DNA of 64,000 nucleotides, from positions 8,353-72,352 of the forward strand of contig JAFGFB010000214.1 in the NCBI GenBank assembly GCA_016931315.1, written 5' to 3'. This DNA is from Anaerolineae bacterium (GTDB lineage Bacteria > Chloroflexota > Anaerolineae > B4-G1 > SLSP01). The notes beneath the pieces were generated by a model that saw only the letters and a program-made list of their open reading frames with translations, ran no database searches and had not been told where the DNA came from. Position 1 is the first letter of the stretch. Every line of letters starts with the position of its first letter. Position numbers and translations under genes: made by a program. Shown here one piece after another: positions 55,548-64,000 of the stretch.

Positions 55548-56408
55548 TCAGCCCCCCTTTCCCGCACGGAAGGTGAAGATGACAGCGCCGAGAGCCAACT
55601 TCCAACCATCATGCAACAGATTACGTCCGGTGCGCTGCGCATTGACATAGATACCATTCGCAGAATTCAAATCTGTTACAATCCAATCTTCCCCTTTTCG
55701 AGAAATACGCGCATGATGCTGAGACACAGTCTCCCAGTTGGGGAAAGTGGGACCAATGACCAAGCCGTTATCCGTCGCACGCCCAATAGTGACACCTTCA
55801 GGATTCAGCTCGTAGGTCCGCACCTGCCCCTCGGTATCTGTATAAGTCAGGCTGGCAGGGGCTGGCGCTGTTGGCGGGGCGGATGGTTTCAGTGGTGTAA
55901 TAGGACGGGTCCCCGTACGCTTGGGTCGGCGGCGCTTTCGTCTGAAAAACCACACAAGGAGCAAGCCTAAAAATAGCAACCCCAAGAATCCAACCATAAT
56001 CCCGGCAAAAAGCACAGGATGCTGTAAAAACCAATCCCCCAAGCCACCGGGCTCAGGCGTTGGAGATGCAATTGGAGGCTTGGGCTCCGAGGCATCTGTG
56101 GGCGCCGGCGCTTTGGTAGGCGTGACCTGAGATGTCGGTGTTGGCGTGGGTGTAACCGTCGAAGTTGCTGTTGGAGTCAGCGTAGAAGTAGCTGTCAAAA
56201 AGGACTCAGAAATTGGAGTGGTAACTGTCATTGTCGGCGTCAAAGTAATAGAGGGTGTGGTAGTTATCTGTGCCGATTGCGCAATGGGTAATGCAACTGG
56301 CGGCGCCAATGGTGCGGCCCAAGCCCCAAGTGGTAACATCAGAATTCCTGGCAATAACAGGGATAGGCCAACCGTGATAAGGTAAACCCCAATTTGTTTG
56401 CGTTTCAT
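55548..56408 (-). CDS. signal peptide / PT-rich ectodomain / TM / cytoplasmic FHA protein (FhaB/FipA-like topology)
   Basis: FHA VTIGRATDNGLVI...SQHHARI...DLNSANGIYVN. TM VLFAGIMVGFLGLLFLGLLLVWFF. ATG at 56408 (AAAGGTGAG RBS). The stop lies 3 nt before the next ATG. Confidence 0.88.
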   Translation of the reverse strand: MKRKQIGVYLITVGLSLLLPGILMLPLGAWAAPLAPPVALPIAQSAQITTTPSITLTPTMTVTTPISESFLTATSTLTPTATSTVTPTPTPTSQVTPTKAPAPTDASEPKPPIASPTPEPGGLGDWFLQHPVLFAGIMVGFLGLLFLGLLLVWFFRRKRRRPKRTGTRPITPLKPSAPPTAPAPASLTYTDTEGQVRTYELNPEGVTIGRATDNGLVIGPTFPNWETVSQHHARISRKGEDWIVTDLNSANGIYVNAQRTGRNLLHDGWKLALGAVIFTFRAGKGG

Positions 56409-56489
56409 AGCACTCACCTTTGAGGAAGAAGGAACTTTACATTCTAACTATACAGCAGTTAAGCCCTTTATGCAAGCGAAAGAAGTTTT

Positions 56490-56653
56490 GGGGGTGCGTT
56501 TCAAAACGGGGGCGACGATCTCAAACGCCCCTACAGTGCGTAGAATAAAATCGATTTTTGGCGGCGAGACAAAGCCCCGCCGCCAAAAATCAATCAAATT
56601 TCGTCTGTAGGCTCAGCCTCTTCAAGTTTTCCCCAAAAATCTATTCTATGCCC
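56490..56653 (+). repeat. dispersed intergenic repeat, copy C (forward), hairpin 56553-56591
   Basis: Head GGGGGTGCGTTTCAAAACGGGGGCGACGATCTC, a ~30-nt insertion, a 14-bp perfect stem GATTTTTGGCGGCG/CGCCGCCAAAAATC, and tail TTTTCCCCAAAAATCTATTCTATGCCC. Confidence 0.8.
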
Positions 56654-56661
56654 ACATGCAG

Positions 56662-56689
56662 TTGATATTAAGAGCAAATATGTTAATAT
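56662..56689 (+). promoter_or_regulatory. candidate sigma70-type promoter (TTGATA-N16-TAATAT) giving a leaderless GT39 mRNA
   Basis: The -10 hexamer ends 7 nt before the ATG at 56697. The intervening TCTTTCC has no Shine-Dalgarno sequence. Confidence 0.4.
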
Positions 56690-56696
56690 TCTTTCC

Positions 56697-58586
56697 ATGA
56701 ACACTCGAGTTCAACGGTTTTTCACTCTGATATTGCTATTGCTTGTGGCTTTTGGCCTGCGCATGTATGCAATTGACCGGCAGGATATCTGGGGTGACGA
56801 AGCTTATAGCATTTGGTTTAGCCGTCAACCATGGGCGCAAGTCATTGCAAGTGATACAGATCCACACCCACCTGGACATCCTGTGGTACTTGCTTTATGG
56901 CTACGCGCGACAGGTATTACTCCACTAGCCGTACGCACGCTCTCAGCGCTTCAGAACTTCCTTATCATCCCGATCGTCTATATACTGGGGAAACGGTCTT
57001 TTGGAAACCAGACAGCATTTCTTGCCGCAACTTTTGCGGCAATATCACCGGGACTGCTTTATCACGCCCAAGAAACACGGATGTATAGCCAGGTAGCTCT
57101 GTTTATGGGCCTCGCGTGCTACTTTTTCCTGCGGTTACTAGAACCTCGCCCTCCACGAGCTGGTTGGTGGGGTTATGTTATCACCGCACTGGCTGCTGGA
57201 TATACCCACTACTACGCCTTCTTTGTCATCGTAGCGCAGAATCTGATCATGGGATTGCATCTCTATCGTAACCTTCACGTTGCACGGCAAAAGCACTGGA
57301 AGACATTCTGGCGGTGGTGTGGCACACAGTTGATACTGATTGCTGCATATGTACCATGGGTTCTGGTACAGCAAGACTTCCTAAGCGGCAAAGCCAGCTA
57401 CCGCATCACGGAATGGACGCTGGCAACGCTGACAAAGATCACACAAGAAACCTTTACTGGTATTGGCGCAGGGCTTGCCCTCACACCCACTACAGCACAA
57501 GCCGTGATGCTGCCTATGGCAGTAACCGGAGCTATCGGCATGCTTAGCCTGCTGCAGGCAAAGATGCCCGCTCGCGCAATAGCGGCATTCCTATGGATTC
57601 CAGTAGGCATTGCCTGGATCGTAAATCCGCTGATGCCTTTCTTCTTTCCCCGCTATCTGTTGGTCGTTGCCCCCGCATTTTATCTATTGCTTGCGGCAGG
57701 AGTTACCTTGCTAACTCGACTATGGCGTCCATTGGGTTTAATCAGCATCGCGGCACTGCTATTAGGCAGTAGCATAGGCACACACGCCTATTATGTAGAC
57801 AAACTACATATACGAGGACGTTACGGACAAATGATGAACTACATTGCGGAGCATGCGCAAGAAGGCGACGCACTGCTATGGACAAACTCATTGCAGGTCC
57901 GCATTCTTGAATACTACCAACCGCGAGGTTTAGCGTCCTATTTCATCACGGCTAGTAATCCACCTACGGCTCCACAAACTGGAGAGACGCTGGAAACTAT
58001 CGTGGCAAAACATCCGCGATTATGGCTGGTCCGTTTCGGGAATCAAGCCGAGTATGATCCAATTGACATTATAAATACCTGGCTCGCCACCCATACTAGC
58101 AAAGCACACTTCAGCACTTGGGATGGTTCAGATCTGGCACTCTACATCTCGCACAGCAACACAACTACACTTGTTAACCCGATTCAATTCACACTGGGTG
58201 AAACAATTTCTCTCAGCGATTATAGCGTAAGCGCTAATTCACTTGCACCAGGGGACACACTGATCCTTACACTTTACTGGAGCACCCACAGTCCTATCAC
58301 ATCGCGCTATACAGTCTTTACCCATCTGCTCGATTCCACCGGAACTCTGTGGGCACAAATGGATAGTGAACCGCTAGGAGGAAGTCTGCCTACAGACCGT
58401 TGGCCCATTGATAGCCGCATTCAAGACAATTATGCCCTGATGGTTCCCGCAAGTACCCCACCGGGAACCTATACACTTCAAGTGGGAATGTATGTATTGG
58501 AAACTGGGATCCGGCTACCAGTACAGGAAACCGGTCAGGATCATATCATCCTGCAAACGATTGAAGTACAATCTAACACATATTGA
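56697..58586 (+). CDS. GT39/ArnT-like (PMT_2) membrane glycosyltransferase
   Basis: About 11 TM helices. The first-loop motif DIWGDEAYS (DE) is typical of GT-C GT39/GT83 enzymes. A soluble beta-rich C-terminal domain follows. Confidence 0.75.
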   Translation: MNTRVQRFFTLILLLLVAFGLRMYAIDRQDIWGDEAYSIWFSRQPWAQVIASDTDPHPPGHPVVLALWLRATGITPLAVRTLSALQNFLIIPIVYILGKRSFGNQTAFLAATFAAISPGLLYHAQETRMYSQVALFMGLACYFFLRLLEPRPPRAGWWGYVITALAAGYTHYYAFFVIVAQNLIMGLHLYRNLHVARQKHWKTFWRWCGTQLILIAAYVPWVLVQQDFLSGKASYRITEWTLATLTKITQETFTGIGAGLALTPTTAQAVMLPMAVTGAIGMLSLLQAKMPARAIAAFLWIPVGIAWIVNPLMPFFFPRYLLVVAPAFYLLLAAGVTLLTRLWRPLGLISIAALLLGSSIGTHAYYVDKLHIRGRYGQMMNYIAEHAQEGDALLWTNSLQVRILEYYQPRGLASYFITASNPPTAPQTGETLETIVAKHPRLWLVRFGNQAEYDPIDIINTWLATHTSKAHFSTWDGSDLALYISHSNTTTLVNPIQFTLGETISLSDYSVSANSLAPGDTLILTLYWSTHSPITSRYTVFTHLLDSTGTLWAQMDSEPLGGSLPTDRWPIDSRIQDNYALMVPASTPPGTYTLQVGMYVLETGIRLPVQETGQDHIILQTIEVQSNTY

Positions 58587-58735
58587 TCCAAACCTGCGCC
58601 ACAGTAATGAAAGTAGCAAATAGGCATGTAAGTGGGCGCCCCAAAGCGCACGCTGTGCTCAGCGCTAACACTTCTAACATAAACGGAGTAAGCCACAGAC
58701 ACTGCGTTTAGGGTTACCGGATCCTGAGGGCTGAT

Positions 58736-61267
58736 TTAATACCGCTGGTCCAGTGGAGAGGGTCGCCGCACCTCAGATAGGGATACTTCTCCCTCACCAC
58801 TTAGCAGGCGCTCCAGGTAGCTGCGTCGGCGCGCCCACCAACGTGCAAGCAACAACCTCCAGAACAAGCCTCTCCAGGCATGCAACGCTTCCTGATGCTC
58901 TGCTGATCCCAGGGGCGAGGTAGTATACCATTCTCGCACATACAGCGTGATCAATGAGCGCAGCTGTTCAATCGCTGCCGGCAACATCCAGGTTGCCGCT
59001 TTTTTGCCCTCAGCCAACTCGGTCAGCCGAAGCTCCATGCGCTCCAAGAACTGATATGGGGTATCGCCTGAGAGCTCCCCGATTCCGAGTTTACTGGCGC
59101 GCCTTCGCAGGCGATGGTACAACGCCGTCACCGCATTTGCAGGTAACTGCAAGCGCAACACGAGGTATTCAACCTGGCTGGCAATAATGACACCCAGAAC
59201 AGCCCCGACCAAGAGCAACGGAATCCCCCAATACCACTGGGCGAGTGCCCGTTGCAACGGGGAGGGAGGAGGTCGCAGGGACTCTTCCAAAGCAGGCCAT
59301 TCACTCGGCTCAGGCTGCGCTGAACGTTGCAGCGAAGAGCGTCCACTGGTTGGCTCAAATGGGATCCATCCGTAACCCGTAAAGTAAACCTCGACCCAGG
59401 CGTGGGCATCCGCTTCGGTGACAAAATAAGCCGCCTGAAACGAATCGTAAGTACCAGAGGCATAGCCCACAGCCAGGCGAGCGGGTAAACCGGCCGCGCG
59501 CGCCAGCACCACCATAGAAGAGGCAAAGTAATCACAATAGCCGCGCTTTGCCACAAACAGAAAATAGTCTACCACATCCGCACCCGCCGCCGGCAAGGGC
59601 ACATTCAAAGTATAGGGATATGTGGAGCGCAGGTAGGTTTCAATGGCAACCGCCCGATCATAAGGCGTTGGAGCAGTCGCGGTAAGATCCCGCGCCAGTC
59701 CCAAGACCCGATCCGGAACGGAATCAGGTAATGTAAGGTAACGCTCTGTAATCCATGGGGGGTAGGAAGGATACACCTCACGGAGTTGCTCGGCACTCAC
59801 CATGGGCACGAGAGAATCCGCGCGATAGGTCTCGCCCATAGTTGTCGCCGCAAAAGGGTCACCGGAAACACGCCAGGCAACCTGATAGGCTTGATCCACG
59901 GCAACCATCTGCCCGGCAGTATGAACCAGGCTGCCTACCTCACGAAGCACGCGCACATGCTGTCGCAACACACGATGGTAAGGCAGTTCAATATACGATG
60001 TTACACCAGGCTCATAATCTACCACCGCATACGCCGAAGTATTCCATCCCTGACCGTTGTAGACATCGTAAGTGATACTACGCCAATAATACGGTATTGG
60101 AGTCACACCAGGAGGCAATGTCTGCATCTGCGGCAGTTCAAAGGTACGGATTTCCATCACCAGGTTCTCGCGCAGTTCCGGTCCGGTCCCCAGTAAATGC
60201 CGCCTGGGCAACCCGCCTGCACTCGCGCGCGCTAACTCTGGCGCGCGATTGGGGCGTGGACGCTGCTCCACTCCCAACGACTCAGCCACAGCCCCAGTCT
60301 CCTCACTCTGCTTCTGCGTGAGCTCACGCACCTGTTCTACAATCTTCTCAATGGAAATACTTGGTACGATGAACGCCAGAAGCACTAGAGCGACTGTGAT
60401 CAAGGCTGCCACACCGAGCACTTCGGCGCGAATATCGCGTGAAAAGTCAATATCGACCAGTTGCCAATGACTTTCGCGATTACGATGCGCCGTTACTGCC
60501 ATCAAAATCAGCGCCCACCCCATAAGAAACACCAACGAGGCAATCTGACCCCAGGCATACGAAAGTACAGTTGCCAGCAATACCCCTAATGGAGCTATCG
60601 CAGCGAGCGCCTGCTGGCGACGGCGCAACACCCACCCCGCCCACAATGCTGCCAACCATAGCAACACACCCCAGATAAGTGTCGCTGCCACAGGGTCATA
60701 AGTCGGTTCACCCCGGAAAAACGCCCCTAACCATTGAGCCGCCCGAGTGAACAATGTGACCGTTGCCGCGCTCAAATCCCCGGCACTCTGCGCCAACAGC
60801 CCGGGGTCGGGTGCGGGGCGCCCCACCGGCGTTAGCCCCAACCAGGCTGGCGCTCGCAGGGTGAAGTTCGACCACAATGCACGCGCACTATCCACAAGGT
60901 AGGGACCTAAACGTTGAAGTAAAGCCCAGAACAACAAATCCAGGCGCCCCACGCGCACAAACACGAGAAAAATGCCAGAAAACACGGCTATGATCCCGGA
61001 AAGCCACGGTCTGAGCTTGACAGCGCCCAGGAACCAACCAAAGAACAGCGCCAGAATCCCAACTAACCAAAGCAGAGGGAATTCCAGTCCACGCACCACA
61101 CCGGCAATTCCGCTGGCAACACTTCCCAAAATTGCCAATGCCAGGGCCAAAACGGCCAGGTTCCACAGACCAATCCTCTGCATCAGAGGCTGGAACAACC
61201 GTATCAACAGCGAGGGTTTATCCCGCTCCTGATCGCGCGATGGCGTCACCTTACCATAGCTACTCAT
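58736..61267 (-). CDS. transglutaminase-like membrane protein (TgpA-like; N-terminal polytopic domain, TGase core, DUF4129-like tail)
   Basis: TGase core RGYCDYFASSMVVLARAAGLPARLAVGY ... DAHAWVEVYFTGYGWIPFEPT (Cys-His-Asp). Its start overlaps the DUF58 stop by 4 nt (ATGA). Confidence 0.88.
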   Translation of the reverse strand: MSSYGKVTPSRDQERDKPSLLIRLFQPLMQRIGLWNLAVLALALAILGSVASGIAGVVRGLEFPLLWLVGILALFFGWFLGAVKLRPWLSGIIAVFSGIFLVFVRVGRLDLLFWALLQRLGPYLVDSARALWSNFTLRAPAWLGLTPVGRPAPDPGLLAQSAGDLSAATVTLFTRAAQWLGAFFRGEPTYDPVAATLIWGVLLWLAALWAGWVLRRRQQALAAIAPLGVLLATVLSYAWGQIASLVFLMGWALILMAVTAHRNRESHWQLVDIDFSRDIRAEVLGVAALITVALVLLAFIVPSISIEKIVEQVRELTQKQSEETGAVAESLGVEQRPRPNRAPELARASAGGLPRRHLLGTGPELRENLVMEIRTFELPQMQTLPPGVTPIPYYWRSITYDVYNGQGWNTSAYAVVDYEPGVTSYIELPYHRVLRQHVRVLREVGSLVHTAGQMVAVDQAYQVAWRVSGDPFAATTMGETYRADSLVPMVSAEQLREVYPSYPPWITERYLTLPDSVPDRVLGLARDLTATAPTPYDRAVAIETYLRSTYPYTLNVPLPAAGADVVDYFLFVAKRGYCDYFASSMVVLARAAGLPARLAVGYASGTYDSFQAAYFVTEADAHAWVEVYFTGYGWIPFEPTSGRSSLQRSAQPEPSEWPALEESLRPPPSPLQRALAQWYWGIPLLLVGAVLGVIIASQVEYLVLRLQLPANAVTALYHRLRRRASKLGIGELSGDTPYQFLERMELRLTELAEGKKAATWMLPAAIEQLRSLITLYVREWYTTSPLGSAEHQEALHAWRGLFWRLLLARWWARRRSYLERLLSGEGEVSLSEVRRPSPLDQRY

Positions 61268-62565
61268 GATAACGCTCTCCAGGGACTATCGGAGGTGGAA
61301 CGTTGCACAGGCACCGCTTTGCCCGTCCCCAACACCTTCCATTCCCACTGCCCTTGGGTGCCCGGATGCGCTTTGGGGTGATCCAAAAGATCCTGGCTGA
61401 TTATGGCATTGGCAACCCCGAGCTGATTCAGTGTCGCGCGCGCCGCTGCCGTGTCGCCCGCTCCCCCAAAGGAAACTGGATCCATCAACAACACTGTGGG
61501 CACAACATTGTGTCGCAGCAATGGGATAAGTGTTTCAAGCCACAAGCCCTCAACAGCCGCCGTGATGATGATCAAGGTCGTACGTTGCCCCAGAGATGGT
61601 CGCACACGCTGCAGCAGTTCCGCCAGAGACCGTCTGCCACGGTTGACCAATGCCAGGGTGCGCAGAATTTCCCAGCGCTGTCCTTCGCCGCTCCGAGGCG
61701 GAAGCCACACCAGATCTTCCCCATGTGCCAACAATCCAACCGCCCGACGAGCGCGCAGACCGCGATCCGCTAATGAAGCTGCCAGGATAACCCCAAGTTC
61801 ATCTGTGGAATCCTCGCCCTCGCCCACCTGAACACGGGCATCCATGTCAAGGAGAATCCACCAATCTCCAGCTGGCATACCATCGAACAGACGGACAAAG
61901 AGTTCGTCGCGACGCGCGGAGAGCTTCCAGTGAATCCAACGCCGGCTATCGCCAGGATAGTATGGCCGCGCGCTGGAAGCACTAACTATACGATCCTGAG
62001 CGTCTGCCCGTGGGCGGCCCTCGCCGGAGCGCCCACCCGGCGCCACTTCGATCGTCGGCAAAGGCACGATAGGGGGTAACACCAATAGCGGCAACGAGGC
62101 GGGGTAATGCAAGGTGACGGTGTATACGCCAAAGGGATCCCCGGTAAGGACCTCGGTGGGGCCCAGATAGAACAAACCGCGCCGCGAACACAAAGATTCG
62201 CGGTGCCAGCGAATGGAACTGCGACTGGCAACACCCGTACCACGGCTCGCTCGATAGCCCGGCAACGTTGAAAGATCGCGCACTTCTATCCAGAGAGCGG
62301 GCAAAGAGGCATCGTTGACCAAGTTGAAACGCTCAATCAAGCGATCTCCAACTTGCGCCCAACCAAAACGCATTTCGCGCGTAAGTGAGAGTTTTTTGCG
62401 CAGCGAATAAGCCCAGTAAGCGCTGATCGCCCACAATCCGCCTAACCCCACCAGCAGCGCCATCCAGCCCTTATAAGGGGTGAAGATTTGCATCAGGATT
62501 AAGATACTGACCAACACTGGCAATAGCCAGTTATTCAGCTTGAGGATTGGCTTTTCAGGTTTCAT
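61264..62565 (-). CDS. DUF58 (vWA-fold-like) protein
   Basis: Two N-terminal TM helices, a YYPGDSRRWIHWKLSARRDELFV motif (the RxY.PGD..R.IhWk.sAr pattern of DUF58), and a position between MoxR and the TGase. Confidence 0.8.
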   Translation of the reverse strand: MKPEKPILKLNNWLLPVLVSILILMQIFTPYKGWMALLVGLGGLWAISAYWAYSLRKKLSLTREMRFGWAQVGDRLIERFNLVNDASLPALWIEVRDLSTLPGYRASRGTGVASRSSIRWHRESLCSRRGLFYLGPTEVLTGDPFGVYTVTLHYPASLPLLVLPPIVPLPTIEVAPGGRSGEGRPRADAQDRIVSASSARPYYPGDSRRWIHWKLSARRDELFVRLFDGMPAGDWWILLDMDARVQVGEGEDSTDELGVILAASLADRGLRARRAVGLLAHGEDLVWLPPRSGEGQRWEILRTLALVNRGRRSLAELLQRVRPSLGQRTTLIIITAAVEGLWLETLIPLLRHNVVPTVLLMDPVSFGGAGDTAAARATLNQLGVANAIISQDLLDHPKAHPGTQGQWEWKVLGTGKAVPVQRSTSDSPWRALS

Positions 62566-62611
62566 CGCAGGTCACAATTTGCCGAACAGGTCCGGATTAC
62601 TCCGGCGTCAA

Positions 62612-63595
62612 TTACCGATGCGAAGAAGCGCTCTCCGGAACTGGCACTTCTTCCAGCAACTGAGTGACAATAGTTTCAGCCTTTAGTTCGCGCAAGCGCG
62701 CCCCTGGAGCAAGAATCAAGCGGTGCGCCAGCGCCGGAAGCGCCAAAGCTTTGACATCATCAGGCAAAACATAGTCCCGACCCTGCAGCGCCGCCCGCGC
62801 CTGCCCGCCACGGAAGAGCGCCAGGCTTCCCCGCGGGCTGGCCCCCAGATAGACATCGGCATGATCGCGAGTGCGTCGCACCAGGCGAACGATATACTCG
62901 CGCAAGGATTGGCTCACATGCACGCTCTTGATAGCTTCTTGTGCAGCAAGCAATGCCTCTACCGTAACCACAGGCGAGAGCGATTCCACTGGATGCTGGA
63001 ACTGCTGTTGGCTCAGGATTTCCATCTCGTCCCATAGCGCGGGGTAGCCCAAACTGATACGGAAGAAAAAGCGATCCAGTTGAGCCTCTGGCAATGGAAA
63101 AGTACCTTCATACTCAATGGGGTTCTGGGTGGCTAAAACCATGAAAGGCTCAGGCAAGATATGCGTAACGCCATCTACCGTCACCTGACGCTCCTCCATT
63201 GCTTCCAACAATGCAGATTGGGTTTTGGGAGTAGCCCGGTTGATTTCATCCACCAACAGGATTTGTGACATGATTGCACCTGGTTGGTACTCAAATTGAC
63301 GCGTCGCCTGATTGAAGACAGAAACCCCCGTCACATCGCTAGGCAACATATCAGGCGTGAACTGAATTCGTCCAAAAGCGCAATCCGTTGATAGTGCCAA
63401 TGATCGAGCCAACATGGTCTTTCCGACACCAGGTACGTCTTCAATCAACAAATGTCCCTGGCTCAATAAGCCAATCACCACCAGCTCCACTGTCGCCTGC
63501 TTACCAATAATCACATGATTGATATTGGCTACGACTTGCTTCGCCAGATTTTGCACTGCAGCGAGATCGCCTGGAGAATTCACCTGTGCCATCAT
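62612..63595 (-). CDS. MoxR-family AAA+ ATPase
   Basis: Walker A DVPGVGKT, Walker [24 protein letters not shown], and [34 protein letters not shown]. Confidence 0.93.
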   Translation of the reverse strand: MMAQVNSPGDLAAVQNLAKQVVANINHVIIGKQATVELVVIGLLSQGHLLIEDVPGVGKTMLARSLALSTDCAFGRIQFTPDMLPSDVTGVSVFNQATRQFEYQPGAIMSQILLVDEINRATPKTQSALLEAMEERQVTVDGVTHILPEPFMVLATQNPIEYEGTFPLPEAQLDRFFFRISLGYPALWDEMEILSQQQFQHPVESLSPVVTVEALLAAQEAIKSVHVSQSLREYIVRLVRRTRDHADVYLGASPRGSLALFRGGQARAALQGRDYVLPDDVKALALPALAHRLILAPGARLRELKAETIVTQLLEEVPVPESASSHR

Positions 63596-63765
63596 ACCCT
63601 CCCTGATTGCATTGTTGTTTCACGCAAAGCAACACCAACCATCCGCCAACCTGTTAGCAGTAATGAATTTTCAGAAAATCAATAAGAGAGCTTGAAAGTT
63701 CATGATCACTAACCACTTTCATAAAGAAAACCTGTCTAGACACAAAAAGGTTCACTCTTTTACCC

Positions 63766-64000
63766 TCAATCTCGCCCGGCGCTCCCGGCGATAACCAGAC
63801 CACCCAGAATCAACCCTCCACCCACCAGCACAATCCATGTGGGAGCTTCAGCCAAAATTACCCAGGCCAGGATAGCAGAGCCTATCGGCTCCATTAAAAC
63901 AGCCAAAGAGACATAAGTGGCGGATAAATGCCCCAACGACCAATTCAGCGATGAATGACCAATGATTTGAGGGAAAAGCGCCAGCAACACCAACCAGAGC
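63766..64000 (-). CDS. EamA/DMT-family transporter, C-terminal part (gene runs off the window)
   Basis: Hydrophobic C-terminus ...SSLNWSLGHLSATYVSLAVLMEPIGSAILAWVILAE... is typical of an EamA repeat. The frame is open to position 64000. Confidence 0.6.
   Translation of the reverse strand, partial: LWLVLLALFPQIIGHSSLNWSLGHLSATYVSLAVLMEPIGSAILAWVILAEAPTWIVLVGGGLILGGLVIAGSAGRD

Noticed and set aside
5061-56653. Possibility that the recurring GATTTTT...AAAAATC hairpin elements are CRISPR repeats.
   Set aside because: Copies are 12-39 kb apart, are not regularly spaced with unique spacers, occur in both orientations and are 120-165 bp long. No cas genes are present; the Cas4-like nuclease belongs to a helicase operon.
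1-64000. Search for prophage, integrative-element, transposase or integrase genes, tRNA/rRNA genes, and toxin-antitoxin pairs.
   Set aside because: No ORF shows integrase (R..H..R..Y), DDE transposase or phage structural motifs. No intergenic region is long or structured enough for tRNA or rRNA. No small two-gene cassettes with typical TA features were seen.

Overview
This is a moderately GC-rich bacterial chromosomal segment with no rRNA, tRNA, CRISPR array, transposase or integrase that I can see. The protein repertoire, PT-rich linkers and strong GGAGG ribosome-binding sites suggest a Chloroflexota (Anaerolineae-like) organism; that is inference only, with no database search. All domain calls come from motifs read by eye in the supplied translations, and identity levels are eyeball estimates.

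Layout:
- 1-5 kb: a DUF3160-like gene, an FG-GAP-like gene, and a histidine kinase with two stand-alone receiver proteins.
- 5.2-15 kb: a DNA-repair neighbourhood. It holds a three-gene split AddAB-like helicase/helicase/Fe-S nuclease operon, then gpmA, recJ and dinB.
- 15-19 kb: an LLM oxidoreductase, an AIM24-family gene, DUF3307 and a Crp/Fnr regulator.
- 19.2-56.4 kb: the main feature. It is a 37-kb run of 23 consecutive minus-strand genes forming a very dense Ser/Thr phospho-signalling supercluster.
- 56.7-64 kb: a GT39 glycosyltransferase, a MoxR-DUF58-transglutaminase operon, and a partial EamA transporter.

Contents of the supercluster:
- 7 active Hanks-type kinases, 5 of them close paralogs with swapped sensor domains.
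- 2 zinc-ribbon/pseudokinase/PP2C fusions and 1 PstP-like PP2C.
- 5 FHA domains in 4 proteins, including an Rv1747-like FHA-ABC transporter.
- 2 vWA proteins.
- A transmembrane S8 protease, LysM/peptidase proteins and a BNR-propeller protein.
- 8 of the 23 proteins carry the same cytoplasmic CxxCG...RFCxxCG zinc-ribbon tag.

A dispersed ~120-165 bp hairpin-containing repeat family (4 copies) sits in all three divergent promoter regions. Its stems show compensatory changes between copies.
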